NCBI GenBank assembly: GCA_963848295.1 | Contig: CAWKDB010000010.1 | Location: 2,592,001 to 2,656,000, forward strand | Length of the DNA: 64,000 bases | Direction: 5' to 3' | Origin: an uncultured delta proteobacterium | Lineage (GTDB): Bacteria > Myxococcota_A > Polyangia > Haliangiales > Haliangiaceae | Part shown: in pieces, positions 10,343-20,261 of the stretch | How positions within the stretch are numbered: the stretch's first letter is position 1 | Layout of the letters: each line of letters starts with the position of its first letter | The notes under the pieces: model-generated | What the model was told of the DNA's origin: nothing | The model's database searches: none | Seen by the model: the letters and a program-made list of their open reading frames with translations, nothing else | Made by a program: the position numbers and the translations under genes

Positions 10343-11353
10343 ATGCCCAAGATGAAAGCCGCACAGGTTGCAAAGCCCAATGGCCCATTCGAGCTCGTCG
10401 AGCGCGAGATCCCGACACCGGGTCCGCACTGGGTCCGGATCAAGGTCGAAGCGTGCGGCGTGTGCCACAGCGACGCGTTCGTCAAGAGCGGCGCGTTTCC
10501 CGGCATGACGTTGCCGCGCATCCCCGGCCACGAGATCGCAGGCCGGATCGACGCGATCGGCGCGGAGGTCACGGCATGGAAGCTCGGCGACCGCGTCGGC
10601 GTTGGCTGGCACGGCGGCCATTGCTTCGAGTGCGACGCGTGTCGCCGCGGCCTGTTCCTCAACTGCGTCAACGCGAAGATCACCGGGATCAGCCACGACG
10701 GCGGTTACGCCGAGTACGCGGTCGTGCCGGCGGAGTCGGTCGCGCGCATCCCCGACAAGCTGTCCGCGATCGAAGCCGGCCCGCTGTTGTGTGCCGGCGT
10801 CACGACCTACAACGCGCTGCGCAACTCCGGCGCACGCGCGGGCCAGACCGTCGCGATCCTCGGCATCGGCGGGCTCGGCCACCTCGGCGTGCAATACGCG
10901 GCGCGCATGGGCTTTCGTACGATCGCGATCTCGCAAGGCGCGGACAAAGCGCAGCTCGCGCGCGAGCTCGGCGCGCACGAATATGTCGACACGAAGGCGA
11001 CGCCCGCGGCCGATGCGCTCGATAAGCTCGGTGGCGCGGATATCGTGCTCGCCACGGCGCCGAACAGCGACGCGATCACCGCGACGCTCGGCGGGCTCAA
11101 GCCGCGCGGCAAGCTCGTGCTCGTCGCGGCACCGTTCACGCCGATGTCGATCTCTGCGATGGGATTATTGAGCGGCAAGGCGATCGCGGGTTGGCCGAGC
11201 GGCAGCGCGATCGATTCGGAGGACGCGATGGCGTTCAGCGCGCTGACCGGCGTGCGGCCGCGCGTCGAGACGTTCCCGCTCGCGCAGGCCGACCAGGCGT
11301 TCGCGCGCATGATGGAGAACCGGGTGCGGTTTCGCGCGGTGCTCGTCCCGTAG
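10343..11353 (+). CDS. Zinc-dependent alcohol dehydrogenase (MDR/AdhP-like)
   Basis: ACGVCHSD, GHE, structural Zn motif CFECDAC..C, GIGGLG. ATG at 10343 (MPKMKAAQ). Confidence 0.92.
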   Translation: MPKMKAAQVAKPNGPFELVEREIPTPGPHWVRIKVEACGVCHSDAFVKSGAFPGMTLPRIPGHEIAGRIDAIGAEVTAWKLGDRVGVGWHGGHCFECDACRRGLFLNCVNAKITGISHDGGYAEYAVVPAESVARIPDKLSAIEAGPLLCAGVTTYNALRNSGARAGQTVAILGIGGLGHLGVQYAARMGFRTIAISQGADKAQLARELGAHEYVDTKATPAADALDKLGGADIVLATAPNSDAITATLGGLKPRGKLVLVAAPFTPMSISAMGLLSGKAIAGWPSGSAIDSEDAMAFSALTGVRPRVETFPLAQADQAFARMMENRVRFRAVLVP

Positions 11354-11411
11354 AGTTATCGATCCGAGCACGGGCGGGTGGTGAACGACGATGTAGCGCG
11401 CCGCCCGCCGG

Positions 11412-13529
11412 ATGATGGTCGAAGTTGCGTATCATCGACGTGCGGTGCAAGACCGAACCGACGATAGGGTGCTCGTCCTCTCCGAGACGTTCCGCGCGTT
11501 CGCGGAGGTCACGACCGACTTCACCGCGTTGGTCGAGACCATCGCGCGCAAGCTGACCGAGCTGATCGGGGACGCGTGCGTCGTCGCGCTCGAGAATGAC
11601 GATGGCGCGCTGTTCGGGCCGAGTGGCGCGTACGCCGGAGACCCCGCGGCGCGGGCGGCACTGCGCGACGCGCTGAACCGACGCAGCGAACGCGACGGCT
11701 CCGGCCAGTCCAATCGAGTCGCGCGGACCGGCGAGCCGATGCTGATCCCGGAGATCGATCCGAACGAGCTCGCCGAACGCGCGGAGCCGGCGTTTGCCGA
11801 CGCGGTCCGCTTGCTCGGCATTCGCAGCTTTCTCTCCGTCCCGCTCGAGGTGCGCGGCCACCGACTCGGCGTGCTGTCGCTATTTCGCTATCTCCCGAGC
11901 AGTCCGCCGTTCGGTGACTACGAACGTGCGCTCGCGTTGAGCATCAGCGATCACGCCGCGCTCGCGATCTCGAACGCGCACCTCTTCGAGTCATTGCAAC
12001 GCGAGCTCCGCGAGCGCCAGAAGGCCGAGGAACGCGCCAAGACGTTCGTCGCGTTGATCGAGAACAGCACGAACTTCATCGCGATGGCCGACCTGACCGG
12101 CCGCGTAAACTTCATCAACGCCGCCGGACGCGCGCTCGTCGGCCTCGACCCCGAAGTCGACGCCCACACGTTGACGCTCGCGGACCTCCACACCGCCGAC
12201 GGCATGAAGCGACGCGAGCTCATTCGCGAGCTCGGCAGCTGGCAGGGCGAGGGCGTGCTGCGCCACGTCACGACGGGCGAGCTGATTCCCACGCAAGTCA
12301 GCTCGTTCCTGACCCGCGATACCGACGGCAAGCCGCTGTGCTTCGCAACCGTGCAGCACGATCTACGCGAGACCAAGCGGCTCGAGAGCGAGCTCCGTCA
12401 GGCCCAACGCATCGAAGCGCTCGGCAGACTCGCCGGCGGGGTCGCCCACGACTTCAACAACCTGCTGACCGTGATCCTCAGCTACAGCGCGATGCTCGCG
12501 AAGTCATTGCCGCGAGAAGGGCGCGGGCTGCGCGATGTCGAGCAGATCGAGCATGCTGCCGAACGCGCAGCAGAGCTCACGCGTCAGCTGCTCGCATTCA
12601 GTCGCCGGCAAGTGCTCGAGCCCAAGGCGCTCGATCTCGGCGCGACGGTGCGCGGCATGGACGCGATGATCCGACGGCTGATCGGCGAGGACATCGCGGT
12701 GCGGATCGTCACGTCCGATGCCGGCAGCCCGGTGGTCGCTGATGCCGGGCAGATCGAGCAAGTCGTCATGAACCTCGTCGTCAACGCGCGCGACGCGATG
12801 CGCGGCGGTGGTGCGTTGGAGTTGGTCACCGAGCGCGTCGAGCTCGATGCCGCCGCCGCCGCCGCGATCGGAATCGCGCCCGGCGCGTACAGCACGCTAT
12901 CGATCAGCGATACCGGCACCGGTATCGACGAGCAGACGAAGGCGCAGCTGTTCGAGCCGTTCTTCACGACGAAGCCGCGCGGCGAAGGCACCGGCCTCGG
13001 GTTGTCCACCGTCATGGGCATCGTCGAGCAGAGCGGCGGTCACATCCGAGTCGACAGCGAGCTCGGACGCGGCACATCATTTCGCATCTATCTGCCGGCG
13101 ACCACCGGCTCGCCTTCCGCGCGAGCCGCGACACCGCGCCCGAGTGCCGCGCCGCGCGGCATCGAACGCATCGTCGTCGTCGAAGACGAGCGCGAGGTCC
13201 GCGCGCTCGTCTGCATGGTGTTGCGCGACGCGGGCTACGATGTGGTCGAAGCGAACGATACCAACCATGCCCTCGAGCTTGCCGAAGACGGTGCCGACTT
13301 CGATCTGCTATTGACCGACGTGATCATGCCGGGGATGAGCGGACGCGAGCTCGCCGCGCAGGTGATGGCACGGCGCCCGACGACGCGCGTGCTCTACATG
13401 TCGGGTTACACCGACGACAAGCTCGGCCACCACGGCCTGCTCGATCCCGATGTCGAGCTGATCCAGAAACCGCTGACCCCCGACGCACTGCTGCGCCGCG
13501 TCCGCGCGGTGTTGACGCGCTCGACGTAA
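11412..13529 (+). CDS. Hybrid sensor histidine kinase (GAF-PAS-HisKA-HATPase-REC)
   Basis: AHDFNNLL H-box, NLVVNARDAM, FEPFFTTK, GTGLGL; C-terminal REC with LLTDVIMP and KP. Confidence 0.93.
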   Translation: MMVEVAYHRRAVQDRTDDRVLVLSETFRAFAEVTTDFTALVETIARKLTELIGDACVVALENDDGALFGPSGAYAGDPAARAALRDALNRRSERDGSGQSNRVARTGEPMLIPEIDPNELAERAEPAFADAVRLLGIRSFLSVPLEVRGHRLGVLSLFRYLPSSPPFGDYERALALSISDHAALAISNAHLFESLQRELRERQKAEERAKTFVALIENSTNFIAMADLTGRVNFINAAGRALVGLDPEVDAHTLTLADLHTADGMKRRELIRELGSWQGEGVLRHVTTGELIPTQVSSFLTRDTDGKPLCFATVQHDLRETKRLESELRQAQRIEALGRLAGGVAHDFNNLLTVILSYSAMLAKSLPREGRGLRDVEQIEHAAERAAELTRQLLAFSRRQVLEPKALDLGATVRGMDAMIRRLIGEDIAVRIVTSDAGSPVVADAGQIEQVVMNLVVNARDAMRGGGALELVTERVELDAAAAAAIGIAPGAYSTLSISDTGTGIDEQTKAQLFEPFFTTKPRGEGTGLGLSTVMGIVEQSGGHIRVDSELGRGTSFRIYLPATTGSPSARAATPRPSAAPRGIERIVVVEDEREVRALVCMVLRDAGYDVVEANDTNHALELAEDGADFDLLLTDVIMPGMSGRELAAQVMARRPTTRVLYMSGYTDDKLGHHGLLDPDVELIQKPLTPDALLRRVRAVLTRST

Positions 13530-13535
13530 CCGCGA

Positions 13536-13970
13536 TCATTCGTACGTGACCGCGATGACCTCGACCTCGCCGCCGCGCGGCAGCTCGACACGGTCGCCGA
13601 CACGCGCGCCCCACAGCGCACTCGCGAGCTCGGATTGGATACCGAGCCAACCGCGCTTGACGTCGGCCTCGATCGCACCCACGAAGCGATACGTGCGGCG
13701 CTCACCCGTTGCGGGCTCGATCACGACGGTGGCTCCGAGTCCTACCGTCTCGCGATCGCCGGGCCCGACGATCTGCGCGGTCGCGAGGTGCTCGGTCAGC
13801 TCGCGCACGCGATCCGGATCGCCCGACGAACGCAACAGCTGATCGAGCTCGGCGCGAGCGGCTATGGCACCTGCCGGCGTCAGGAAATTCGGGTCGGGTA
13901 CCGGAATTCCTCGTCGGCTCGACGGCCGTGCCGGGACATCGTCGTCCTCCTTGGTAAACGCCTTGCTCAC
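13536..13970 (-). CDS. GreA/GreB-family elongation-factor-like protein
   Basis: GTG start (M)SKAFTKEDD; V.LGATV; IEAD...G.LG..S.LA.AL.G.RVGD. Confidence 0.8.
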   Translation of the reverse strand: MSKAFTKEDDDVPARPSSRRGIPVPDPNFLTPAGAIAARAELDQLLRSSGDPDRVRELTEHLATAQIVGPGDRETVGLGATVVIEPATGERRTYRFVGAIEADVKRGWLGIQSELASALWGARVGDRVELPRGGEVEVIAVTYE

Positions 13971-14029
13971 GAAGTGCATGGTAGCGCGCCACAGGAAGCC
14001 GCCCACTCGCGACTGCGTACTACCTCATC

Positions 14030-14878
14030 ATGACGATCTTACGCGCCCTCATCCTCATGCTGTGCGTCGCGTGCTCGGCGTCGATCGATCCGAACGGAGG
14101 CGATGGCGGAGGCGGCGGAGGCGGCGGCGGTGGCGGCGGTGGCGGCGGCGGCGGCAGCGACAGCGGTACACCGACGACGCTCGCGCCCGGTCAGTCGACG
14201 ATCTCGATGACCGTCGCCGGCCAAGCGCGCAGCGCGATCCTCTACGTGCCCGCAAACGCCACCTCGACCTCGCAGTTTGCGATCGCGTTGCACGGCAACG
14301 GCGACACCGACTCGAACTTTCTCGCGACGTCGGGCCTGAGGCAGCTCGCGGATGGGGACGGCACCGTGCTCGTCGTACCGCAAGGCATCACGCGCGACGT
14401 CGACGTCGTGCTCGTCGGTCAGACGATCCCGGGCATCGATTGGGACGCGTACAACTCCGCGGCGGACGGCAACATCGATCTGCCGTTCCTCGATGCGCTG
14501 CGCACGCAGGTCGTCAACACCCACCAAGTCGATGCGAACCACGTGTTCGTCTATGGCTACTCGCAAGGCGGCTACATGTCGTTCGAGTACGGGATGGACA
14601 CCGGCGCCTCGCTGTCGTGCGCCGCCGTGCTCGCGGCCTCGAGCCCGTACGGCGGCGGCTCCGGCGATCCGTTGATCGGCGGCGCGACCCGCCAGCTCGC
14701 GGTGGTCTTGCAGATCGGCACCGCCGACAGCGCGTACAGCGCGGCGCAAGCCACGGCGGCCACGCTGCAAAGCGACGGCTTCCCGAGCCAGCTCGACTCG
14801 ATCCAGGGCGCTGGCCACGTGCCGATTCCCGGAGACGTCTCGGTGCCTTGGGCCTATTGCCGCAGCAAGGCGCTGTAA
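14030..14878 (+). CDS. Secreted/lipoprotein esterase (PHB-depolymerase/LpqC-like alpha/beta hydrolase)
   Basis: Lipobox CVAC, poly-Gly linker, ALHGNG, GYSQGG nucleophile, GTAD, GAGH. Confidence 0.75.
   Translation: MTILRALILMLCVACSASIDPNGGDGGGGGGGGGGGGGGGGGSDSGTPTTLAPGQSTISMTVAGQARSAILYVPANATSTSQFAIALHGNGDTDSNFLATSGLRQLADGDGTVLVVPQGITRDVDVVLVGQTIPGIDWDAYNSAADGNIDLPFLDALRTQVVNTHQVDANHVFVYGYSQGGYMSFEYGMDTGASLSCAAVLAASSPYGGGSGDPLIGGATRQLAVVLQIGTADSAYSAAQATAATLQSDGFPSQLDSIQGAGHVPIPGDVSVPWAYCRSKAL
14105..14155 (+). repeat. GGN codon run encoding 17 consecutive Gly
   Basis: ggcggaggcggcgga... 51 nt, in frame within the esterase. Confidence 0.9.
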
Positions 14879-14970
14879 CAACGCGATCGCGACGCCGACC
14901 GAGCGCCCCCCGCGCAGTCACGGCTGGAATCGCTCGCGCCCGCACGGCGCGATGTTATATCCACGTGGTG

Positions 14971-15270
14971 ATGACGAAACGGAGCGAGAGGCGCGCTCAA
15001 GAGCGAGCGCTGCGCCAGCTCGTGCGCGATCGCGAGAAGCTAGCCGGCCTGGTCGCTGGCGGCTCTGCCGATCATCCCATCGAAGTCGCGTCCGCGTCGG
15101 TGATCGAAGGCCGCGCGACCGCGACGCCGTGCGTGCAATGCAAGGGCGAATACCGCGTCGTCGAGCATCGCTCGGTCGCGCCCGGCCTGCGCGCGGTCGA
15201 CGTCAGATGCCGGACGTGCCAGGTCGGCCGCACGCTGTGGTTTCGGATCGCGCCCGACGAGCCGAACTGA
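14971..15270 (+). CDS. Small hypothetical protein (99 aa) with CxxC...CxxC zinc ribbon
   Basis: MTKRSERRAQ...PCVQCKG...RCRTCQV...LWFRI; fills the gap between flanking genes. Confidence 0.65.
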   Translation: MTKRSERRAQERALRQLVRDREKLAGLVAGGSADHPIEVASASVIEGRATATPCVQCKGEYRVVEHRSVAPGLRAVDVRCRTCQVGRTLWFRIAPDEPN

Positions 15271-15275
15271 TCGCG

Positions 15276-17324
15276 TTACTCCGGCAAGCTATCGACGCCG
15301 GGAGCGAGCGCGGAGGTCGCGCCGTTGTACGTGAGCGTCGCGCCGATATTCCCGCGCACGAACGCGACCGTGACCGTATCGCCGCTCGCGAGGCGAACGG
15401 TGACGGTCGAATCGTTCGCCGCGGTCGCCGAGACGACCGCGCCGTCGATGCCGATGACATGCAAGAATCGCTGATCGCCACCCGCGATCGTCTCATCGAG
15501 GCGATACCCGGTGCTGTAGTCGCCGCTCGGATCGTCGGCGTAATCGAACACCGAGGCGGTCGCTCCGGTCGGGGCGAGCCGTTGCACCGACAGCGCGTGC
15601 GCGCCGGTCGTCGTCGTCGTCGTGCCCGCGACGGTGGGCTGAGTGGGCAACGCGAGCTGCCACGTCTGTTGCGTGCTCGCGCCGGTGGTGACGCGGTCGT
15701 AGACGATCAGCGCGTTCGGTGGCAGGTACACGACCTCGCGCTGCATCAACGTGATCGCGCTATTGCCGTCATAGGAAGCGGTGACGTCAGCGGCCGCGTA
15801 TGTCCACCCCGTGCCGGTATGCAGCGCCGCGAGCTGCGACGTGGTCGAGCCGATTTGTGCGATCGGCGAGCCGCCGTTGTCGACCCGCACCAAGCTATGC
15901 GCGGTCGTCTCTTGGCGCAGCCCGGAGTGCGAATCGATCACCGAATCCATCGCGAGCCAACCATCCTTGTAGATCATCAGCGCGCCTTGATCTTGGTGCG
16001 CGTGGGTTTCGGTGTATGGCCCGGCGGTGAGGTTGACCCAGGTCGCGTGCGTGTCCCAACCGGAGCGCGCGTAGAGCTGGCCGATCCCGGAGGCGTAATA
16101 CGTCGGGTCGAGCTCGGACAGCGAGGTCGCCGCGACGTCGGCGTTGTCGTACAAGAAGTCATCCACGGCCATGAACTGCTCGCTCATCTCGGGCACGCTG
16201 CAGCCGGCGAGCAACGCTTGCACCGGACCGGCGAGCGTATCCCCCGGGTAGATCCGCACGAGCTCTTGGAGATACTGGCGGTGATAGTCGAAGAACGCGC
16301 CGGTCGATTCGCGCGCTTGGTCGCCGGTCGGTGCGACGTGATCCAGCGTGGGCAGTGTTTGATGCACGAATGCCAGCATCGACGCGCGCGTGTGCGGCGT
16401 CAGCGACGCCAGCGGCTCGCCCGTGGTCGCGTTCCAGAAGTCGTACAGCTGCCACAAGTTGCGCATCGACACGCCATAGCCGGTGCCCTCGCGCGACCCG
16501 CCGCCGACGAGCTGGCTATCGAACTCCGGCATCAATTGGTCGAGCACCTTGGTCTCGCGGAATTGCACGAGCCATTGGTCGGCCTGGCTGTCCTCGCCGT
16601 TCGCGGCGAGCCCGACGAGCATCGTCGCCTCGAGAAACGAATAGTAATAGTTGTCCAACGGATCGTTCGTCGCCCAGCCGTCCCACGGCATCGCGGTCGT
16701 CCCCCACTTTGCCGCTGGTGGATTCCACACGTTCCAGATCGCTTGATCCGCGTACGCGAGCCAGCGCGTCTTCTGCGAAGCGCTGAGCGATGCATTGCAC
16801 CAATCGTAGGTGAGCGCGACGTCGGCGAGCATCGGCCCGATCTGGAGATAGCTATCGCCGGCCACGCCCGGCGCGCTGCCCGCCGCGATCGCCGCTTCGG
16901 CCGCGCCGACCTGTGTCTCGACCGCGGCCACTGCGGCAGGGCAGTACTGCGGATCGTTCGTCAGCGCGCCGAGCAAGGCGGCGTTCCACGCAGAGAAGTT
17001 GTAGTACGCATCGCCCCCGACCCAATTGTCGACGAGCTGTTTGAAGCGCACCGCGGCCGGACGACTCGAGGCCAGCGCCGCCTGTAAGCGCGCCGCGTTC
17101 GGGCCGAGATAGATCCGCGGGTGTTGGGTTGGATAGACCGGCTGGACATCGACCCCCGAACCCGAACCTCCCGCGCCTCCGCCATCACTGCCGGAACCGT
17201 CGTCGCCGCCCGCGCCGCCACCGCCACTGCCGCCACTGCCGCCACTGCCGATCGAGCCGTTACATCCGCTGCCACCGAGCGCGAGCGCACTCGCGATCAA
17301 AACAACAACTCTTGCCTGTGTCAT
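15276..17324 (-). CDS. Heparinase II/III-like (polysaccharide lyase-type) lipoprotein
   Basis: Lipobox GSGC, Gly/Ser linker, HPRIYL, NYYY, GGGSREGTGYG, ARSGW, HAHQDQG, AHS. Confidence 0.7.
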   Translation of the reverse strand: MTQARVVVLIASALALGGSGCNGSIGSGGSGGSGGGGAGGDDGSGSDGGGAGGSGSGVDVQPVYPTQHPRIYLGPNAARLQAALASSRPAAVRFKQLVDNWVGGDAYYNFSAWNAALLGALTNDPQYCPAAVAAVETQVGAAEAAIAAGSAPGVAGDSYLQIGPMLADVALTYDWCNASLSASQKTRWLAYADQAIWNVWNPPAAKWGTTAMPWDGWATNDPLDNYYYSFLEATMLVGLAANGEDSQADQWLVQFRETKVLDQLMPEFDSQLVGGGSREGTGYGVSMRNLWQLYDFWNATTGEPLASLTPHTRASMLAFVHQTLPTLDHVAPTGDQARESTGAFFDYHRQYLQELVRIYPGDTLAGPVQALLAGCSVPEMSEQFMAVDDFLYDNADVAATSLSELDPTYYASGIGQLYARSGWDTHATWVNLTAGPYTETHAHQDQGALMIYKDGWLAMDSVIDSHSGLRQETTAHSLVRVDNGGSPIAQIGSTTSQLAALHTGTGWTYAAADVTASYDGNSAITLMQREVVYLPPNALIVYDRVTTGASTQQTWQLALPTQPTVAGTTTTTTGAHALSVQRLAPTGATASVFDYADDPSGDYSTGYRLDETIAGGDQRFLHVIGIDGAVVSATAANDSTVTVRLASGDTVTVAFVRGNIGATLTYNGATSALAPGVDSLPE

Positions 17325-17619
17325 CGGTGCACGGAGTTACTGGAGCGCTCACCTCCAGTCGCTGTGTTTTTTCTCCGACACGACGGCACATTGGAGCACT
17401 GCGCGTAATCGCACGTGCGGTCCTCGACGGAGATGCCTCACTCGCGCGAGTGCGCGCGCGATCGCGGTTACGAATCTCGATCGCTCCGATCGAGAAGAAA
17501 AAGATCTAACTCACCGTCGGAATCGGCCTCATCCTCGAGCGGATCCCAGCAATTCGCGCGCGCGTCGTCGCGCGGATCATGCGATCAACCAGCAGCCGCT
17601 GCGGAGGTGTGGACCGCGG

Positions 17620-19053
17620 CTACGTGAACAGCTTGAACATCCACTTGAGCATGCGCGAGACCTTCGGGCCGTACGGCGGATAGACCGTCTTCAGCATATC
17701 GATGCGGCCTTGGCGCAGCACGGCGCGCTCGTGCGAGAACGCCTTGAAGCCATAGAACCCGTGGTAGTTGCCGGTCCCGCTCGGGCCGACGCCGCCGAAT
17801 GGCAGGTGCGGGTTCGCGAAGTGGATCAACGAGTTGTTGACGCAGGTCCCGCCCGCGGTCGTGTTGTCGATGATCTGGTCGACCGCCCGCGGATCGGTCG
17901 CGAACACGTAGAGCGAGAGTGGCTTGTCGCGCGCCGCGATGAACGCCGGCACGTCGGACAGCTTCTTGTAGGTCATCACCGGTAGGATCGGACCGAAGAT
18001 CTCCTCGGCCATCACCGGCTGCTCCGCCTTGACGTTCGTCAACACGGTCGGCGCGATGTAGCGCTCCGTCGCATCGGTCCCGCCGCCGATCTCGACCTTG
18101 GCGCCCTGGCCAACCGAGTCGTCGAGCATCTTCTTCAACCGATCGAAGTTGCGGGTGTTGATCACGCGGCACAGGTCGGGTGACTTCTTGCGATCGTCCT
18201 CGCTCGCGCCGTACATCGTGGCGATCGACTTGCGCAGCTCGCCGACGAGCTCGGCTTCGCGCTGTTCCGAGACGAACACGTAATCCGGCGCGATGCAGGT
18301 CTGGCCGGCGTTGACGAACTTGCCCCACACGATGCGGTTCGCGGTGAGCGCGATGTCCGCCGAGTCGTCGACCACGACCGGTGACTTGCCGCCGAGCTCG
18401 AGCGTGGTCGATGCGAGGTGCTTCGCGGCCGCTTCCGCGACGATGCGGCCGACCTTGGTCGAGCCGGTGAAGAAGAAGTGGTCGAACGGCAGCGCGAGCA
18501 AGCGCTGAGTCTCGGCCGGTCCACCTTCGACGACGGCAACTTCGTCTTCCGAGAACACCGCGCCGAGGAGCTCGACGATCACCTTCGCGGTGTGCTCGGT
18601 GAGCTCCGATGGCTTGCAGACCGCGCAATTGCCCGCGGCGATCGCGGCGACCAGCGGCGCGATGATCAACTGGAACGGGTAGTTCCACGGTCCGATGATC
18701 AACACGACGCCCCTCGGCTCGTAGTTGATCTGGCTCCTCGTGCCGAACAGCGCGAGCGGCGTGGTCACCGACTGCGGCTTCATCCACTTGCGCAGCGACT
18801 TGATCGCGTCTTTGAGCTCGACGAGCGACGCGTAGATCTCGGTGATATCGACCTCGGTCGGTGACTTGCGGAAGTCTTTGAACATCGCATCGCGGATCGC
18901 GGCTTCGCGCTCGACGATCGCGGCGCGCAACTTCTCGAGCTTCGCGATGCGCTCGGTCGCGGTCGAGCGCTTGACCTTCGCTTGGTTCGCGCGCTGCTTG
19001 TGGAACAGCTTCTCGATCCGGTCGTCGTCGCTAGCGATCGCATGGGTAGCCAT
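17620..19053 (-). CDS. Aldehyde dehydrogenase (family 3 / fatty-aldehyde type)
   Basis: PWNYP, KPSE, FTGS, LELGGKSP, NAGQTCIAPD, EEIFGP, PFGGVG. Confidence 0.93.
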   Translation of the reverse strand: MATHAIASDDDRIEKLFHKQRANQAKVKRSTATERIAKLEKLRAAIVEREAAIRDAMFKDFRKSPTEVDITEIYASLVELKDAIKSLRKWMKPQSVTTPLALFGTRSQINYEPRGVVLIIGPWNYPFQLIIAPLVAAIAAGNCAVCKPSELTEHTAKVIVELLGAVFSEDEVAVVEGGPAETQRLLALPFDHFFFTGSTKVGRIVAEAAAKHLASTTLELGGKSPVVVDDSADIALTANRIVWGKFVNAGQTCIAPDYVFVSEQREAELVGELRKSIATMYGASEDDRKKSPDLCRVINTRNFDRLKKMLDDSVGQGAKVEIGGGTDATERYIAPTVLTNVKAEQPVMAEEIFGPILPVMTYKKLSDVPAFIAARDKPLSLYVFATDPRAVDQIIDNTTAGGTCVNNSLIHFANPHLPFGGVGPSGTGNYHGFYGFKAFSHERAVLRQGRIDMLKTVYPPYGPKVSRMLKWMFKLFT

Positions 19054-19147
19054 ACGGCAAGCCTCACACTCGAAGGGCCGGCTGGCAATCGCGATCGCGC
19101 GTTGTCTCGGCGACGGTGCGGGTTACGGGCGCGCATGTGCGCGAGGG

Positions 19148-20152
19148 TCACATCGGATCGGCGCAGCATCGAAACCCGGTCGAGTAGTCGCGATAGCTGA
19201 CGTCGTGCGCGGTCGTCGCGTACAAGCAGCCGTTGCCGTTCTCGACCGTATCGACGTAATAACCACCGCGGAACGTGCCGGATGGATCCGCGGTCCACTC
19301 GTGGACGTTGCCCATCATGTCGTACGCGCCTTCGGCGGTGACGCAGCCGGGTTCGGCGCCGGTGCGATCGAGCCCGGCGGCCTCTTGGTTCAAGCACGGG
19401 CTGTCGAGGTGCGAGTAGATCCAGCTGTCGGTCGTGCCGTACAGCTCGATCGCGGGATGCACGGCACGCGCGTCGTTGCACACGCCCGGCTCGCGCGTGT
19501 TGCCGTAGGGGTACGTCGTCATCGTCGGGCCCTGACACGCGCGCAGCCATTCGGCGTCGGTGCACAGCCGCTTGTTCGAGGCGGCGCACGCCGCGCTCGC
19601 ATCGAGTTGCGAGATGTACGCCTGCGGCACCGCGCCACCCAGCGAGACCGCGCGCACGGTGTGGCCGGTCGGATCGAAGTACGGCGACCACGGTTGCTCG
19701 GAGCCGCTGACCATTTCGACGAGCGACGCCTCGAACCGGTCGACGCAGAACGCCGCGGTTCCGTCGACGTGCACCATCCCCGCCGGACAGCCGTTATCGC
19801 CAGGCTGTTCCACGAGGCACGCGTTCGGTTGCGGCACCGTGTCGGGATCGCATTCGATCGCGTCGGCGAACCGCGGCGAGCAACACTCGATGTTGACCGG
19901 GCCAGCGCATTGCCCGGCGACCGATTCGCGCGAGCCGTAGCACAGGCTGACGTCGAGGCACGAGCCCGGGATCGTGCCGTTCAGACATGCCGGTGCGCTG
20001 CTCGCGGGGGCGGCGTCGACGGTGATCGGCGGCTCGCATCCAGCATCGCCGATCGCATCGGCCGCGCCGTCGCTCGGTGCTGCGTCGTGCGGGGCGTTAC
20101 CGCGCCCGCCGCAGGCGACGAGCGCGACGACCAAGACAGCCCGCGTCACCAT
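19148..20152 (-). CDS. FGE-sulfatase (SUMF1-like) domain lipoprotein
   Basis: Lipobox LVAC; DRFEAS, KRLCTDAEW, YPYG, YDMMGNVHEW, RGG, TGFRCC. Confidence 0.85.
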   Translation of the reverse strand: MVTRAVLVVALVACGGRGNAPHDAAPSDGAADAIGDAGCEPPITVDAAPASSAPACLNGTIPGSCLDVSLCYGSRESVAGQCAGPVNIECCSPRFADAIECDPDTVPQPNACLVEQPGDNGCPAGMVHVDGTAAFCVDRFEASLVEMVSGSEQPWSPYFDPTGHTVRAVSLGGAVPQAYISQLDASAACAASNKRLCTDAEWLRACQGPTMTTYPYGNTREPGVCNDARAVHPAIELYGTTDSWIYSHLDSPCLNQEAAGLDRTGAEPGCVTAEGAYDMMGNVHEWTADPSGTFRGGYYVDTVENGNGCLYATTAHDVSYRDYSTGFRCCADPM

Positions 20153-20261
20153 CGCTCCGCAGTATAGGCCCGCGTTCATGGGGCGCGGCGCCCCGTCGAC
20201 GTAGGCCTAGGTGGGACGGCGGTCCCTGACGAGCAACTCGGAATCTCCATACAATGATGGC

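Noticed and set aside
17325..17619. Riboswitch, ncRNA or terminator in the 295-nt intergenic region
   Set aside because: Short hairpins exist (17339-17359, ~17475-17495), but I recognise no family consensus and the U-tracts are not positioned as clear intrinsic terminators.
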